DNA of 64,000 bases, taken from contig OZ287750.1 of assembly GCA_965649765.1 (NCBI GenBank), positions 55,180,001-55,244,000 on the forward strand, given 5' to 3'. Source of the stretch: Bispira polyomma (taxonomy: Eukaryota). Of this stretch, positions 1 through 13,460 are shown in pieces; the stretch's first letter is position 1; every line of letters begins with the position of its first letter. Under the pieces are notes generated by a model. That model made no database searches. It saw only the letters and a list, made by a program, of their open reading frames with translations, and was not told where the DNA came from. A program made the position numbers and the translations under genes.

Positions 1-793
1 GACTGGTGGCGATTTTCAATGTTTTGTTTATTAAGGTGGTCAGAAATTTGTTTAGCTACAGCTTTTTCGATGACTTTTGAGACGAAGCTAAGGTTTTGGT
101 CAAATGTGTTTTGGTCAAATGATTAGCATTTAACTAATCTATCAATGTTGATAATGTTAATAGAAATTTACATAGTGTATAATGTATCAACCGAGTTATG
201 TTTCCTTGAATAGCACGGTTAAACACTATTAGGGTGTGTAATGGTAATGTTGAAGAAACATGCCAGTGGAAATACTGTTATGTGGTATTTTAAAGTAAAT
301 ATGCTATTTTACCTATTAGATGTAATAACTATCTGTTTATTGACAGGCTAGCTAGATTTGGTGCTGGACTTCAAATTATGAGTCTGTATTTTTAATGATT
401 AAGAGTGGGTCGAGCACCATTTTATGTAGCTTTCAAATTAACTTTCATCATCTATACATATGAACCAATGAAATGTAATTAGCAGTTGCCATCTTTTAAT
501 GACGGGGGGGGGGGGGTGGGGGGGGGACCTGTAAATACATGCATAGGCTGTAGTTCTATGAACAATTCATCCAGCATATTAAAAGCGATTGTTTTCCTAT
601 TTAAAACGACTTGATCACCAGACGTTTTAGCCACGTATCTCCTTAGGTCGGTTGAGAGACTACTTAGATTGGTTCATAATTGGAAATAACACTATTCTGG
701 CCTGGTATAATCTTATGTGCCATGTCTTCTGAGATAAAGATCTTGTGGTCATTTTTTAGGTTATCTCGTTGTACCATCCCTTTTTTTTACACC

Positions 794-1390
794 CTGGGCT
801 CGTATTCACGAAAGATTTTTATCTCAGCTAAGTTTTGGGCCTAAATGTTATTCACAAAAGGAGGCTTAACTAAGTCTTAACTTTATATAATTTTATTTAC
901 AATATTACGCAACATTTCTTACATTTTTACATACACTAATACATTTTATAAATAGTAATGCCTATATGAACATCCCAAAGTAAAAACAAAATGAATATCA
1001 ATTAAAAAAGTTTTAATTCATTAGTCTTAAGACTGGCTAAGCCGCTTCGGATAGTTTAGTATTCAAAATGTCAGAAATTATATAACTTTTTGTTTGATTA
1101 ATGACAAGTGACAGTTCGGATTGTTTGATATTTGATATCATACTATCAAAGTTAAATGTTTATAGTTTGGTATACACTGCAAATTTAAAATGCTTTATAT
1201 GTAAAAGTTAAGTAGAAAAGTCTAAGACTTTTTACTGTAAAGTTAAGCCCAGTACCTACCTAGCTGTCTTAAAGTTAAGCCCTTGGCTAAGCTAAAACTT
1301 AGGCTTGGCTGCTTTCTAGCCATTTTTCACCCAAATGTCTTAACTTTAAGCCCAAGTCCAGGCTAAGCCTTTTCGTAAATACAGGCCCTG
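794..1390. mobile_element. MITE / non-autonomous DNA transposon (related ends at ~33954-34170 and ~56312-56527)
   Basis: Terminal inverted repeats CTGGGCTCGTATTCACGAAA ... TTTCGTAAATACAGGCCCTG. Confidence 0.7.
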
Positions 1391-1588
1391 GGTAGTTTGT
1401 TTGACAATAACTTGTTGGGATTTAACGCAGGCATACAGACGATATGCTTCAAGGACAATAAAATATCATTTACACTAATACTACAGTCATAGCTCTGAAA
1501 CAGTTGTATTATAACCTGTTTACGATTTTCCCATGCCGTTACTGGACTCCAATAAATGATAAAATTTGGTTGTTTACGAAAAAGTATA

Positions 1589-1837
1589 TTTACATTTGGA
1601 TATTTAACGTCCACTCTAGTACCTGTTTAGGTTATATTGGGATGGGTAGTTGGAAACGCTGGAGGAAACACTACATACAGTTAATCAAGGTTCTGCACTG
1701 AAACCAGTGGCCCACAGTAAGGAACTACCACCTTTCCCACATAGGCATCAACAGGATTCGAACTCACACCGCCCAAAGGTGAGAGACCAGTGATTGTGAA
1801 GCGCAATGCTTGCTAACCACTAGGCCACCGCAGCCGC
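1589..1837 (-). mobile_element. tRNA-derived SINE family 1
   Basis: A box TGGCCTAGTGG, B box GTTCGAATC, tail GTGGACGTTAAA. TSD TACGAAAAAGTATA (1575-1588 / 1838-1851). Confidence 0.9.
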
Positions 1838-2086
1838 TACGAAAAAGTATAAGGGCCACATTTAATTTTTTTTTGTTGACTTAGTATCTCGATAAATCGA
1901 GTATGTAAGTCGAATTATCAATATACTATCTCAGTAAATCGAAAAAAAAAATAATAATAACAATAATTTTTGTTTGATTTGTGGAGATTTTATCTTGATA
2001 AATCGACTTATGTAACTCGATTTAACAAGATACTAAGTCGACAAATCAAAAAAAAAAAAAAAAATGTTGTTCTTATACTCTTCTGT
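1838..2086. mobile_element. Palindromic MITE
   Basis: TACGAAAAAGTATAAGGGCCACATTT..GACTTAGTATCTCGATAAATCGAG is inverted relative to CTCGATTTAACAAGATACTAAGTC..AAATGTTGTTCTTATACTCTTCTGTA. Confidence 0.72.
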
Positions 2087-2279
2087 ACTTGGTTTCCCCG
2101 ATGTTTTTGTCATTTAAGCCCAACTTAGACCTAATCCAATGTACACAGTTACACACTATAGAGTGCTTGAATTGTCAAGAGATTTCAAATAAGCTGGTGG
2201 AAATAAGCAAACATATTAGTCAACGTCGGTGGGTTTATATACTATATCATTTACTCTTGGGCACTCACCAGTATCAGAG

Positions 2280-2410
2280 TCTCTCTGGTTATGACCACCA
2301 TCCGTCCCCCATTTCTGATTTTTTTTTATTAATGCTTAGGTTAGTTGCGCCTTAGAATTTGTTGTACAAAGATTAAGCGCTATAAAAGTACGATTAGATT
2401 AGATTAGATT
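2280..2410 (+). mobile_element. 3'-terminal fragment of the same L2 family
   Basis: gttgcgccttagaatttgttgtacaaagattaagcgctataaaagtacga plus (TAGAT)n is shared with 8148-8216. Confidence 0.85.
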
Positions 2411-3149
2411 ATCAAGTACTGATCCTCAAATAGACTACTGCAAAATATGGGGGTCTGTCATTGGTGAAGGTTTGTTCTATGTAATGATGATACATATACA
2501 GTAGTATTCTTCTGTTGATATTACAATGAGTATTTGAAAGACGCCTTATACTGCATTCGTTTGAGTTGGATATTATTTACCTTTGGGATTGGACAAGGCA
2601 GCATAAACAGTGCAGGATATAATACAAATAGAAAAAAAATCAGATATAGCCGGTAAAATCATATATTATTTCTGTGTACAAGGTTAAATAACAGAGTATT
2701 TACAGGTGTTTCGGCCATATATTTGATAGAGGGATTTTGATAGAGCATTTGATATAATGTGTCTGTTTTGACATATATTATGTGGTGTAATTTCAATAAT
2801 AAAGTAGCAATAAATATACAGATATAAGTAATACACCTATGTGTGCACACAAAACTACATGATTTTATTTGTGAACGATTTCTTATACACCTGTAAAAAT
2901 ACATAAACACTGTATACATGATATGGTCTTTCTATTTCCATTGACAATTACTGAAATGTGTGTGCCATATAAAATAGAATTACAATTTGTATGGTTGACA
3001 TTGCATCCAGGCAAGTGAAAAAATTGATTGACAATATGAGTTGTACACCGTTCACAGACACGTACTGTGCAATATGCCATAGACGTATTCCAAACCATAC
3101 AGAGTGGAGGAATTCTAGCTAGTTTTGTTTGCTCACTTCATAGTCCAAA

Positions 3150-4219
3150 ATGCTCTTAGACTGGACTGGTCAGCAGCTAAATGACAATGAGCTGTTGGGG
3201 AAACTACATCGCCTTGGTCGAGATGTGAACTATATTCATATACATCTGAATCAAAACAACCTGAGCCAAGTGCCCAATTTCTTGTCGTTTCGGAGCCTTG
3301 AAACATTACACCTGGGTCTGAATCAAATCAATGTCGCAAAGCCAGGGTATGTACCTGAATCTCTGATGGTGCTTGATCTGTCTTACAATTACCTCGCCAA
3401 AGTACCGGACCTACACAATCACTGGAATCTTCGTAGACTGGATGTAAGAAATAACAAAATCACAGCAGTAGACCCGAGCCATCTCCCTCTGAGCGTGACA
3501 GATGTCAACCTGTCTGCAAATCAATTGTCCGCATTACCAAACTTCAGTCAGCATAAGCAACTTCTACAGCTGAATGTGGGGAACAACAAAAACCTAGGCA
3601 TTGTGGACCTCAGGTATATACCTAAGGGTGTGACAGATCTCAACCTAGGTGGCACCCGTATGAGGGAGGTACCAAACTTCAGCCAATATCATAATGACTT
3701 GAAGACCTTGGGCTTAGCAAACAATAACATCAGTGTCATTCCGCACAGCTATATACCGTACAGTGTAATGGATCTGAACTTATCACACAACCAGTTGTCT
3801 GAGGTCCCTTACTTTAGTGAGCACCAGAATCTCACCATGCTGAACTTGGCCAATAACAATATCGGAGCATTCAATCCAAGCCATATCCCTTGTACGGTCA
3901 CAGACTTAAATATGTCCAGTACCCAACTTTCTGATTTACCTGACATTAGTCCATTAAGTGGTCTGCATAAACTGAACCTGACCTATAATCCTAACTTGCA
4001 TAGGATACAAGGATTGCCGCACAGCTGTTTGGATCTACAGATCAATTCCAATATAGAAGTGTTAGGGATGAAGTGCTTTCACCAGGAGAATTTTTCAGTG
4101 TTAAAAAAAGCACTGAATTTAATGGTTTTGAGGAAGCCGCCAGTGGCCATGCTTAGTCAGGGTGTGGATGCAGTGCTTGAGTATTACACAGAAAAATCAG
4201 CCAGAAGTACACAAAACAG
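3150..4219 (+). CDS. Roco gene (LRR-Roc-COR-FN3-CARD), coding exon 1: leucine-rich repeat solenoid
   Basis: ORF with ~11-12 LxxLxLxxNxI/L repeats in an alternating ~45-aa pair pattern, followed by the pre-Roc 'PPVAMLSQGVDAVLEYY' motif. Donor AG|gtgagt at 4219/4220 (phase 2). An acceptor-like ttcatag just 5' of the ATG suggests an upstream non-coding exon. Confidence 0.93.
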
Positions 4220-4444
4220 GTGAGTTTTTACCTGCATTTATCTCTTCTTTATATCAGGCCCTGTATTTCCCAAATATGTCAAGCTAAACTCAGACTCAGT
4301 CTGAGACTTCCATTTGAGGTCACCCTGCCTTGTGTGGGAGTGGAGATACATCTGACCTCATACTTGAATTAAGTGCTGAAAACTCTATTTAAGTGCTTCA
4401 ATGCAACATACAATAGTTATGTGTTGCCCTCACTTGAGTTAAGT

Positions 4445-5345
4445 CTAATTTTGATTTCGCCTAGGCGGAATTAAAATCTGCCTAGGCGAAATTAAAATAG
4501 GGGAAATTAAAATTTTAGATTGAGGTAAATTTTAATTATTTCATTTATGTATGCAGTAAAAATATGGATAACAGCCTTGAAGTTGAACTTATTTCTTTTT
4601 AGAGCACTTTTCATTCATGTTTCAAAACATCAATTCATACACGGTAATTGCATTAATTGAAGTGCTGTATGCCTGGGTAAAATTTAAACATGACAACACC
4701 AATAATTTTTTTGTTTTGTTTAACCTACACTACATTAAAATCCAATGTTTTTACTAGCTTAATATGCATTGTTAGTGTATTATCAGTGTAATATTTCCTT
4801 ATTAGGGGGTGTACATGGGTGTCAAAAGGTTTGGAATTGTATTTATTGGTAAAGTACTGAAGTATACAACACATAAGGATGATTGAAATAATTAAAATAA
4901 TAACATTTATAGTGTGTCTATTGTTTGTCTGTATTATTTGTCTTACCTACTTGACCACCTACTGTTTATTGTCATAAATTGGTTTAGCAATTGCCTTGTC
5001 TCAGTACTGGTTTGCTTCACTGATGGAATGCAAAACACTGTAATTGCAATTATTGTTTGCAGTGAAAAATCACATGCCTCACAAAGGGTTAAGTATATAA
5101 TCATTCATGCCTTTTCACAAACTACATAGTGGTAATCCCCAAAGACTTTCTTGGTGCACTACTCTCAAAATTTCAATTTGGTCTAGGCGAGATTAATATT
5201 CTATTAGACAAACTTGGAAATTTTAATTCTGCCTGGGCGAAATCAAAATTTTAATTTGGTCTAGGCGGATTAAAATTTTGATTTCGCCCAGGCGAGATTA
5301 GAATTTTAATTTTGCCTAGGCGGATTTAAAATCCGCCTGGATTTT
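4445..5345. mobile_element. Foldback-like element with repetitive inverted ends
   Basis: Clusters of (T/C)GCCTAGGCG(G/A) units with AT spacers at 4457-4490 and 5178-5340, around a unique AT-rich core. Confidence 0.55.
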
Positions 5346-5371
5346 AGTTTAGCATGTGACATATGTCTATA

Positions 5372-5885
5372 TACCGGTTCCGCTCTCCATCTCGCCCATG
5401 TTCATGTAAACGCCCATCCCCAACTTTTCAAATATTACGGAAAACGGACAATTAATTTTGCAAAAAACGTATCATATAACAAGAAATAATATAAAGAAAC
5501 TATCAACAATCGATGTTTTTATATGCAAACCTTTGTAAAACATACTAGTTTAAGGTAACTTGGTCATATAAACAGCCATCATTTGCGCTTCCTGTGTACA
5601 CTAACAATGGTGACGTTTTCTCACCTGGGAGCACCTGTAATTTCCGGTACACAGTTGAAGATAAAAACAACAAAATGGAGCTGTTTTTCGCAAGAAACTG
5701 TATGGATTTGTTGATTATTCTATTTAACAGATGAAATAGGCGATTTTGATGTACTTTATGTCATTTTATGCGGATCGAAACGAAAAACGAGTTCACGTAA
5801 GGGCACATTCTCGCAAACGCCCACCCCAACTTCTTTGAATTTTCGTCGCTTTCGCCCCTGGGCGCTTCCGAGAGCAGAACCGGTA
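5372..5885. mobile_element. MITE with TA target site
   Basis: TIRs TACCGGTTCCGCTCT ... AGAGCAGAACCGGTA, flanked by TA. Confidence 0.75.
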
Positions 5886-5966
5886 TATTTAATATATGTG
5901 AAACTAAAATCTGTTTTATTCACAATAAGCCTACGCATCCTTTCAGCATGTTTTTCTCAGCCGAAG

Positions 5967-6148
5967 TTGGCAGACCTTGACCGATTTTTTCGCTCATTAC
6001 ACAATACTACCAAGTGCTTACTTTTAGCATATTTGCCACAGATCAGATCAGACATTGGCAGACCTTGACCGATTTTTTCGCTCATTACACAATACTACCA
6101 AGTGCTTACTTTTAGCATATTTGCCACAGATCAGATCAGACATTGGCC
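5967..6148. repeat. Perfect 88-bp tandem duplication
   Basis: ttggcagaccttgaccgatttttt...gatcagatcagaca at 5967 and 6055. Confidence 0.9.
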
Positions 6149-6236
6149 GACGTCTGTTGGGCCATCATATTTCATCTGTCAGGGAACAAAAACACTGTCA
6201 TAGGTATAGATTTCATCCCATATATACTCAATATTC

Positions 6237-8216
6237 GTCTTGATATCACAAAGCGAGGGTGACCCGAAGAAACTTTGGCAAAAACTAAATAGCACCCTCC
6301 ACCGTAAAAAACAGACTGTACTACCAGAAAATTCCAATAGCAAATCACTGGCAAACATTTTTAGTACTTTTTTCACTGATAAAATTACCAGAATCCGTGA
6401 CGGTTTTACATTAGCTGCCCCAAATGCCCCTTTACCAACATCTCCACCAACCGTCTTCAACTGTTTCTCCACAGTAACTGTTGATGAAGTCAGGAAAATT
6501 ATACTGGCATCACCCGTAAAATCTTGCTTGCTAGATCTGTGGCCCACATTCCTTGTTAAAGAATATATTGACATTTTATTGCCCTCAATCACAAAACTTA
6601 TCAACCTCTCGTTGATAAATGACGTCTTTCCAGATGACTTTAAAAAGGCTATTGTCACTCCTCTAATAAAAAAACCTTCTCTTCCAAAGGCTGACTTGAA
6701 AAATTACCGTCCTGTCTCAGGCCTTTGCTACATCTCTAAGTTGGTAGAACGCGCGGTTGCCTTACAGATCAAACAACATGTTGACGTCAGCAATCTGTCC
6801 AATAAGTATCAGTCAGCGTACAAAAGTGGTCATTCTACTGAGACTGCACTTCTCTGCATCAAAAATGATGTTCATACATCTTTATCCAAAGGTATGCCTA
6901 CTGCCTTAGTACTGCTGGATCTGTCAGCAGCCTTTGATACTATTGATCACAAAGTTCTTCTTGAATGCCTATCGTCCTGGTTCGGTATCAGCGGTATGGC
7001 GCTTAAGTGGTTCACGGCATATTTATCTGATAGATTCCAATCAGTCAAAATTGGCAATATCTTATCCGACCCAACATGGTTAAAATTTGGTGTTCCCCAA
7101 GGTTCCGTCCTGGGTCCCATTTTGTTTTCCATGTACACCACCCCACTCAGCAAGATTATTGCTGCATACAAAAACATAAACTTTCACTTCTATGCTGATG
7201 ATACCCAACTGTACATCCACCTTACACCTGACTCTGCCCAGGTAGCTTTCACTTCCTTACAGAACTGCCTTGTCGATGTACAACACTGGATGGCAGCAAA
7301 TAAACTCAAGCTGAACCCTGAGAAGACTGAGTTTATTTTGTTTGGCTCCAAGTCGCAACGGGAAAAATTGTCCATGTGTTTTCCACTTGACATTCTTGGC
7401 AGCAGGTTTTTTCCAGCTGAAAAAGTACGAAACCTGGGCGTGGTGTTCGACTCTGAATTTTCCTTCTCGAACCATGTCGCATCGGTGTGTAGATCATGTT
7501 TTGTTGGCCTCCGTGATTTCAGGCGGATTCGACGCTATCTTTCCAAATCCACTGCAGTCACTGTTGCCAATGCTTTGGTCAGCAGCAGGCTTGATTACTG
7601 CAACTCTCTGTTCCGTTCCTTATCTCGTAGTGATCTCAGACGCCTTCAGAATATCCAACACTCATTGGCACGTATTGTGACCAAAACATCTAAATTTTCC
7701 CACATTACTCCTGTACTCAAGTCACTGCACTGGCTCCCAATAAAATATCGTGTTGCTTTCAAAACAGCAACAATAATATATAAATTTCTAAATTCTGGAT
7801 TACCCACTTATTTTAGCCCCCATCTATCCAAATATACATGCTCAGTCAGGACTAGGCGCAGTAACCCTGATAAATTATACCTTAACATTCCCACCTTCGA
7901 CCCTCGCATCCACAAATCCAAAGTTCAGTTCAATCACTGCCTAGCTCATGATGGCCCCCTCATTTGGAACAGCCTACCTGATCATGTTCGCCTGGCTCAA
8001 ACTTTCTCCTCTTTCAGGAGTAAGCTGAAGGCCTATCTTTTTGAACAGGCTTTTCCACCTTAGCCGTCGCAACCATCTACGGTAGTCTCCCTGGTTACGA
8101 CTTCCATCCGCCCACTATTTTTGATTTGCGATTAACGTTTTGGGTTTGTTGCGCCTTAGAATTTGTTGTACAAAGATTAAGCGCTATAAAAGTACGACTA
8201 GATTAGATTAGATTAG
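6237..8216 (+). mobile_element. 5'-truncated L2/CR1-group LINE with an open RT ORF fragment (6240-8063), in Roco intron 1
   Basis: RT motifs NYRPVS, LLDLSAAFDTIDH, GVPQGSVLGP, YADDTQLY, and C-terminal LHWLP. (TAGAT)n 3' tail. TSD AATATTC at 6230-6236 and 8217-8223. Endonuclease domain absent. Confidence 0.95.
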
Positions 8217-8800
8217 AATATTCAGCGGATATTAAAGTTGAAAATGGCACGAGAAAGCCTATCTTATTGTGTTTACTGTGCTTTTTTCCACCACAATCCA
8301 TTAGAAAAACGGTTCAGATATTTAAGTTTATATATGGGTACTCTTCTCTTCTACTGTGAATGGCACGTCACAGCAACGTCATTATGGCGTCAATTTTGCA
8401 GCTACCTTACAACTTACACATAAGGAAGTAAAAAATTAGCACTCTTATTTAATTGTACATATATCAGCCGTTTCTCAACGAATATTGGTGGGAAAAAACA
8501 CAGTAATCACATTAAAACAAGCTTTCTTGTGTCATTTTCAAAGTCAACATCCGACAAATTTTGAATATATATCGGATGAAAGACAGCACAACGTTGTCCG
8601 ATGTTGGATTGGACAAACACAAATCGACGGACGTCGGAATGTGTTTAAAGGTGGGGTAGGCTTAGTGATTGGCAAAATATAGACTGGAGAAAAATACATA
8701 TTGTACATCACATTTTCCAGATTTAGGTACTATATAGTACATTTAAAATTAATTCCTAGATTACCATTAGATATCTGTATTACCTGCCTTGGTTTCCTAG

Positions 8801-10455
8801 GATGGTGTTATTAGGAAGCACTACAGCAGGGAAATCAAGTCTGATGGAAACCCTAATTGCACAGAGGTCAGTATTGGCAAACATCAGTGCCAGAACCCAG
8901 GTGGCCGATATCAAAGGCTGGGATATTTCTGATGTAGATACCATACAGATATATGATCAGGGAGGCCAGGAAATCTACAATATTACCACACCTATATTTG
9001 TCACGGCCAATAGCATCGTTTTACTGCTGCATGATTTAGCTCAAGTGTCCGATGAAAACCTTAATGAAACCTCATCTATTCTCCATCAAGCTTTACAGCA
9101 ATATCCTGATAATCAAATCCATGTTGTTCTCACCCATTCTGATCTGGTGGATGATGCGGCGGCGCTAGAGAGCAATGAAAAAGTTATACGAGCTGCCTTG
9201 GAAGGTACAATGGTAAAGGAAATGCAAGGCATAGACAAGGATGCAAAATCTAAGGAAGACAGGGAAAGTTCTAAATCCCTTTCAAGTCAACTGGAAAAGC
9301 AGAAAGACAACATGAAATATTTCCTTATATCAAGTAAGACCTACAAAGGTATAGATGATTTGAGGCATTTTCTGGCGCAGATGGCTATAGATAAAAGGCA
9401 AGATGTTCCTGAGAAGTGGATAGCATTCTATAAGATGGTAATGGCACAGAACAAGAAGTTTTGGAGAGTAGAAGAACTACAAAACATGTTTGTAAGCCTC
9501 TACAGCAAAATTGAGAAAACATTCCAGAAATCTAAAATCCTGTCAAGATTCAAAATTGCACTGTGGTACTTTAACAATGCCGGACAAATACTGTTTTACG
9601 AAAATGTGCCACTTTTGAATGAATATGCTTTTCATAAGCCTCAGTTCATCATAGATCTCCTGAAATCGTGCTTTCATCATGACTTAAAAAGTTTCCTAAA
9701 CTATGAAATTGACCTAGCATTGCAACACAGTTTCCCGAGGGTCCAGTTTGAACTTATGATCAACCAATATCAACAAGAAGGCTTGCTTCATAAGAAACTG
9801 TTGCAGTTTTTGTGGCAGAAGCATAATCTAGATGATGGAGAACAAGATGCACTCCTGGAATTTATGAAGCTATTTTACTTCTGCTACCCCATTGACGAAG
9901 ACTCAGAATTACTCTTCTTCCCTTGGTTTGTGGCCAACAAAGATGGTCCCAAGGATATAGATCCTCATCGCATGACTAAAATTGGAAAGCTATACATTTC
10001 AGTACAACTAGATTGCATATTTAACAGCCGAATTCCAGTAAATGCATTCGAGAAGATTCTGGTTCAGGTGCAAAAGACGGCAGTTGAGGAAGAGTACGGA
10101 GGCAACCGATACACCTGGAAGGATGGCCTTTTGGTAGAGATTGGCTCCATAGAATGTGTGGCTATTCGGAGGCCAGAAGAATCAACTATAAGCATTTGTG
10201 TCCGAGGACGCACGCAGGATCTCAGAGCCATCTGGCAAGTGATGTTCGAAGTACACAAGAATATGAAATCTTCTCTAGAGACATTGAGAGGCATTCAGAA
10301 AACCTTAAGCTTTTTGTGCTCCCATTGTCTACTAAAATGCATCAATCCTGTTCGCAAGTGGTCCTCAGAGGAGGTGCTAAGTCCCAAAGGTCCATCTGTC
10401 TCCTATGTAAAGTGCAATGGAGAGGAAATCCCCAGAGCTTTGGTGGCCTTTTCAG
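8801..10455 (+). CDS. Roco gene exon 2: Roc GTPase + COR domain
   Basis: Acceptor tttcctag|G completes AG+G=Arg in phase with exon 1. Motifs: G1 GSTTAGKSS, G2 RTQ, G3 YDQGGQEIY, G4 THSD, G5 ISS. COR-like region with FPW and a C-terminal CxxC (LCSHC). Donor TCAG|gtaaa, phase 1. Confidence 0.93.
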
Positions 10456-10527
10456 GTAAAAAATTTTAGGTCATATGTACTAGGTAGTATATTTTTTTGC
10501 ATTTTGTGAACGAAAGTGTTTGAACCC

Positions 10528-10558
<31 letters not shown>

Positions 10559-10835
10559 AAAAAAAAAAAGAGTTGGTCTAATATAACTGAAAAAGTTGAA
10601 TAGAAGTTGAAATATGTATTTTGAAACATGCATGTTTTATGAAGTAACAATAAATGTTATAGAAAACATATTGAAACATTACAAACCATGATCAGATTTA
10701 GTAGTTATGGTACAGTGCAATTGACCGATACAATTATCAGTTGATATGTTCCTCTTCATATGTATATCAAGACTTTCCTTCTGAAGAGTGACGTATAGCC
10801 AAGATGTTATTCGTTCTATAAATCTATTATTTCAG

Positions 10836-10892
10836 AGATGACTGATGGAGATATTGAAAATGTTAAAACATATCTGAAAGACACATGTACAG
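10836..10892 (+). CDS. Roco gene exon 3 (linker, EMTDGDIENVKTYLKDTCT)
   Basis: ttatttcag acceptor, CAG|gtaatt donor, 57 nt, phase 1-1, open in the required frame. Confidence 0.7.
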
Positions 10893-11334
10893 GTAATTAT
10901 TTACATCTCTCTTGAAAATAACATCACATTTTAAAACATTTAGCCTACATACAGTATATTATCGTTTGGGTTTACAATCATATTGTGTCATGTTCAGCAA
11001 GATATATATCCTTTTGACAATGCACCCTTATATGTTTGGCTTATTGCTCACAACATATTAAAAAGAATATGGTCCTTTGAACATATTTATAATTTGACCC
11101 TTCTGTCAGGGAGACTGGATGAGAATCAATGGTTTCTTTAAAACTAATGGTCCGAGCCAAAACATTTTTATTTCGAAGACCTTCTAACGTGAGCACTCGC
11201 TGCAGGCCACTGTGTTGTATGACGGCTCCAAGATAAGCCATTTAGGGGATGTAGATTTATTGATAATGTTCATGAAAAGATATATTTCGTTTTTTCGTGG
11301 TTAATGTTATAGTTGTGCCATATTTATGTTTGAT

Positions 11335-12095
11335 ATTATTATTATGTATTTTTAACGCGCTTTGTTGATGATAAACATCTTCTAAAGAGCAACAGCAAAA
11401 TCATTAATCTAAATGTAAAATCCATCGGCATGGCAGATTCGTAAAGAAAGAAGTGGGAGCTAAGGTGGGTAGGCAAGGTTAAAAAGATGGTTTTAAGTTT
11501 TTTCCTAAAACAGAGGAGTGTATCAACTGATCTGAGATCAACTGGGAGACTGTTCCATAACAAAGGAGCTGTAAAGTAGAACACTCTGGATTCTGCCTTC
11601 CTGATGGGTCTGACCGAAGAAACAGAGAGTCTGTTGCCTCTCTTACAGTTACTGAAGGAGAGAAGGGAAGCCAGGTAGGAGGGCTTTTGAGTGACTACAG
11701 CCCCAAAAGTGGTAACATGTATTTTGAAAAAAATACTAGAGTGAATGGGCAGCCAGTGTAATTTTTTGAGCTAAAGATTGAAATCTGTACGACTACTCAG
11801 TCAAAAAATAACGCTGCATAGGTTGTTTTGAATGGACTGGTGCTTTTTGATCTGTGACTTGTTAACTCCATACAAGAGAGAGTTGCAGTAGTCAAGGTGG
11901 CTGCTCACAAGGGCGTTAGCCACAGTTGTTGCAGTGTCCATTAACAGGTGGTTTCGGTTTCTTTTGATGTCACGTATATGGTAATAGCAGGAACGACAGA
12001 TGTTGGCAATATGAGTATCAAACGAAAAGGCCGAGTCAAAATTAACCCAGGTTTTTAGCATTTTTAGAAGGTAGTATGTCTTTTCCCAGAAGGGA
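11335..12095 (-). mobile_element. Degenerate L2/CR1-type LINE 3' fragment
   Basis: Frameshifted ORF pieces ANALVSSHLDYCNSLLYG and APLLWNSLP...FRKKLK, homologous to the C-terminus of 6240-8063. Confidence 0.88.
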
Positions 12096-12404
12096 GTAGG
12101 TAAATATATTTCTCCTTTATAGGTGGACAGAGATAAGTTTATTTCATAAGAAAAATGAAAGAATTAATTCATGTAGAAATACCATGCTTCATGTTAAAAA
12201 AATGAACACACCTTTTCTTTAGTTCCAGGACTCTCCTGTCTGGTAATGTTTCATAGCTGAACCACAAAAAATCTCGCAAATGTGTTTTTTTAAAGCTATT
12301 CTTGTTCGGGGGGTTGCGTGACAACAACACACCTATTACATTGATGTCCAGTAGTCATCTACATCTGCTTGTATAGTGTCCATAGCATATTAAGTAGATG
12401 TAGC

Positions 12405-12685
12405 TGACTACCCAATAACTTGTGGACACACAACCCAATAAGTTAGGGACACTACCCAAGGGTGTAAGGATGAACACCCAATAAGTTAGGGACACTACCC
12501 AATAAGTTATGGACACTACCCGAGGGTGTATTGATGATTACCCAATAAATTATGGACACTACCCAATAGGTTATGGACCTACAAGAGAGAGCTACCCAAC
12601 AAGTTATGGACACTGCCTAATAAATTGTCGACTCTACACAAAATGATATAGATGACTACCCAATAAGTTATAGACACTAACCAAG
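12405..12685. repeat. ~22-bp minisatellite (GGACACTACCCAATAAGTTAT)
   Basis: About 12 diverged tandem units. Confidence 0.85.
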
Positions 12686-13257
12686 GTTTGGTTTTGGTTT
12701 CCGGACATTTAAAGGAAAACTATTTGAGGTATCATCACCAAATTTGTTGTGGAGGTGTATCATGTCAATAGCGTGGTTTGGGATTGTATTTGGGTCCATT
12801 CTGAAAAACGAAATGGCCGCCATCTTGGAAATGGTTTCCAGACATTTAAATGAAACATCTTGCAGCTATCATTATCAAATTTGTTGCTCGGTTGGGATTG
12901 TATTTGAACAACAAGATGGACGCCATGATCTGAAAAGTGTTCTTTTTTTTCTAAATGACTGGCCAATAGTTTTGCGGTCTATAGAATCATTTATGGTAAA
13001 ATAACTATAAATCTGTACAAACAAAGAAAAAATTTGTTGCTGGACCCTATCCCGGTTACGCCTTTTAGGGGTCTATAACCCCACTTGTTTATTTTCAAAC
13101 CATTGTTTAAAGTACATCTTGCAAATTTACAAATAAACATATTAACCTACTAAAACAAAGTTTGAAGTACTTTGTGTGTTACCAGAAACCGTTGATTATC
13201 AGAGGATGTTGTTTCTGAAAGTTACTTAAAACTATTAATTATGTAATTATGTGAGTC

Positions 13258-13460
13258 CTGGGTGGTCTCGGTGCTGTTGTAGTAGCAAACTTGCCTCTGA
13301 CCAATGCAGTCATTGTGAGTTCGAATCTCAGCCCGGTGTGGAAGTCGGAAAGTTGGCAGTAGACTTGCTGAGGGTTGGTGATTTGCAGAACTGAAGTATT
13401 GAAATGAACTTTTTTGATGTTGTCCACCAACTAACTGTCCTTCATCATATGTAACATGAA
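13258..13460 (+). mobile_element. Degenerate tRNA-derived SINE
   Basis: B box GAGTTCGAATCT followed by a GAAAGTTGGCAGT core-like segment. Confidence 0.55.

Noticed and set aside
6179-10459. Antisense or alternate-frame ORFs over the LINE and Roc-COR exon (6179-6658, 6947-7680, 10064-10459)
   Set aside because: Shadow ORFs of real coding sequence with no recognisable motifs.
12223-13220. Possible extra Roco micro-exons at ~12223-12242 and ~13186-13220
   Set aside because: Both would end in phase 0 or have weak donors, breaking the phase-1 chain. The model closes without them.
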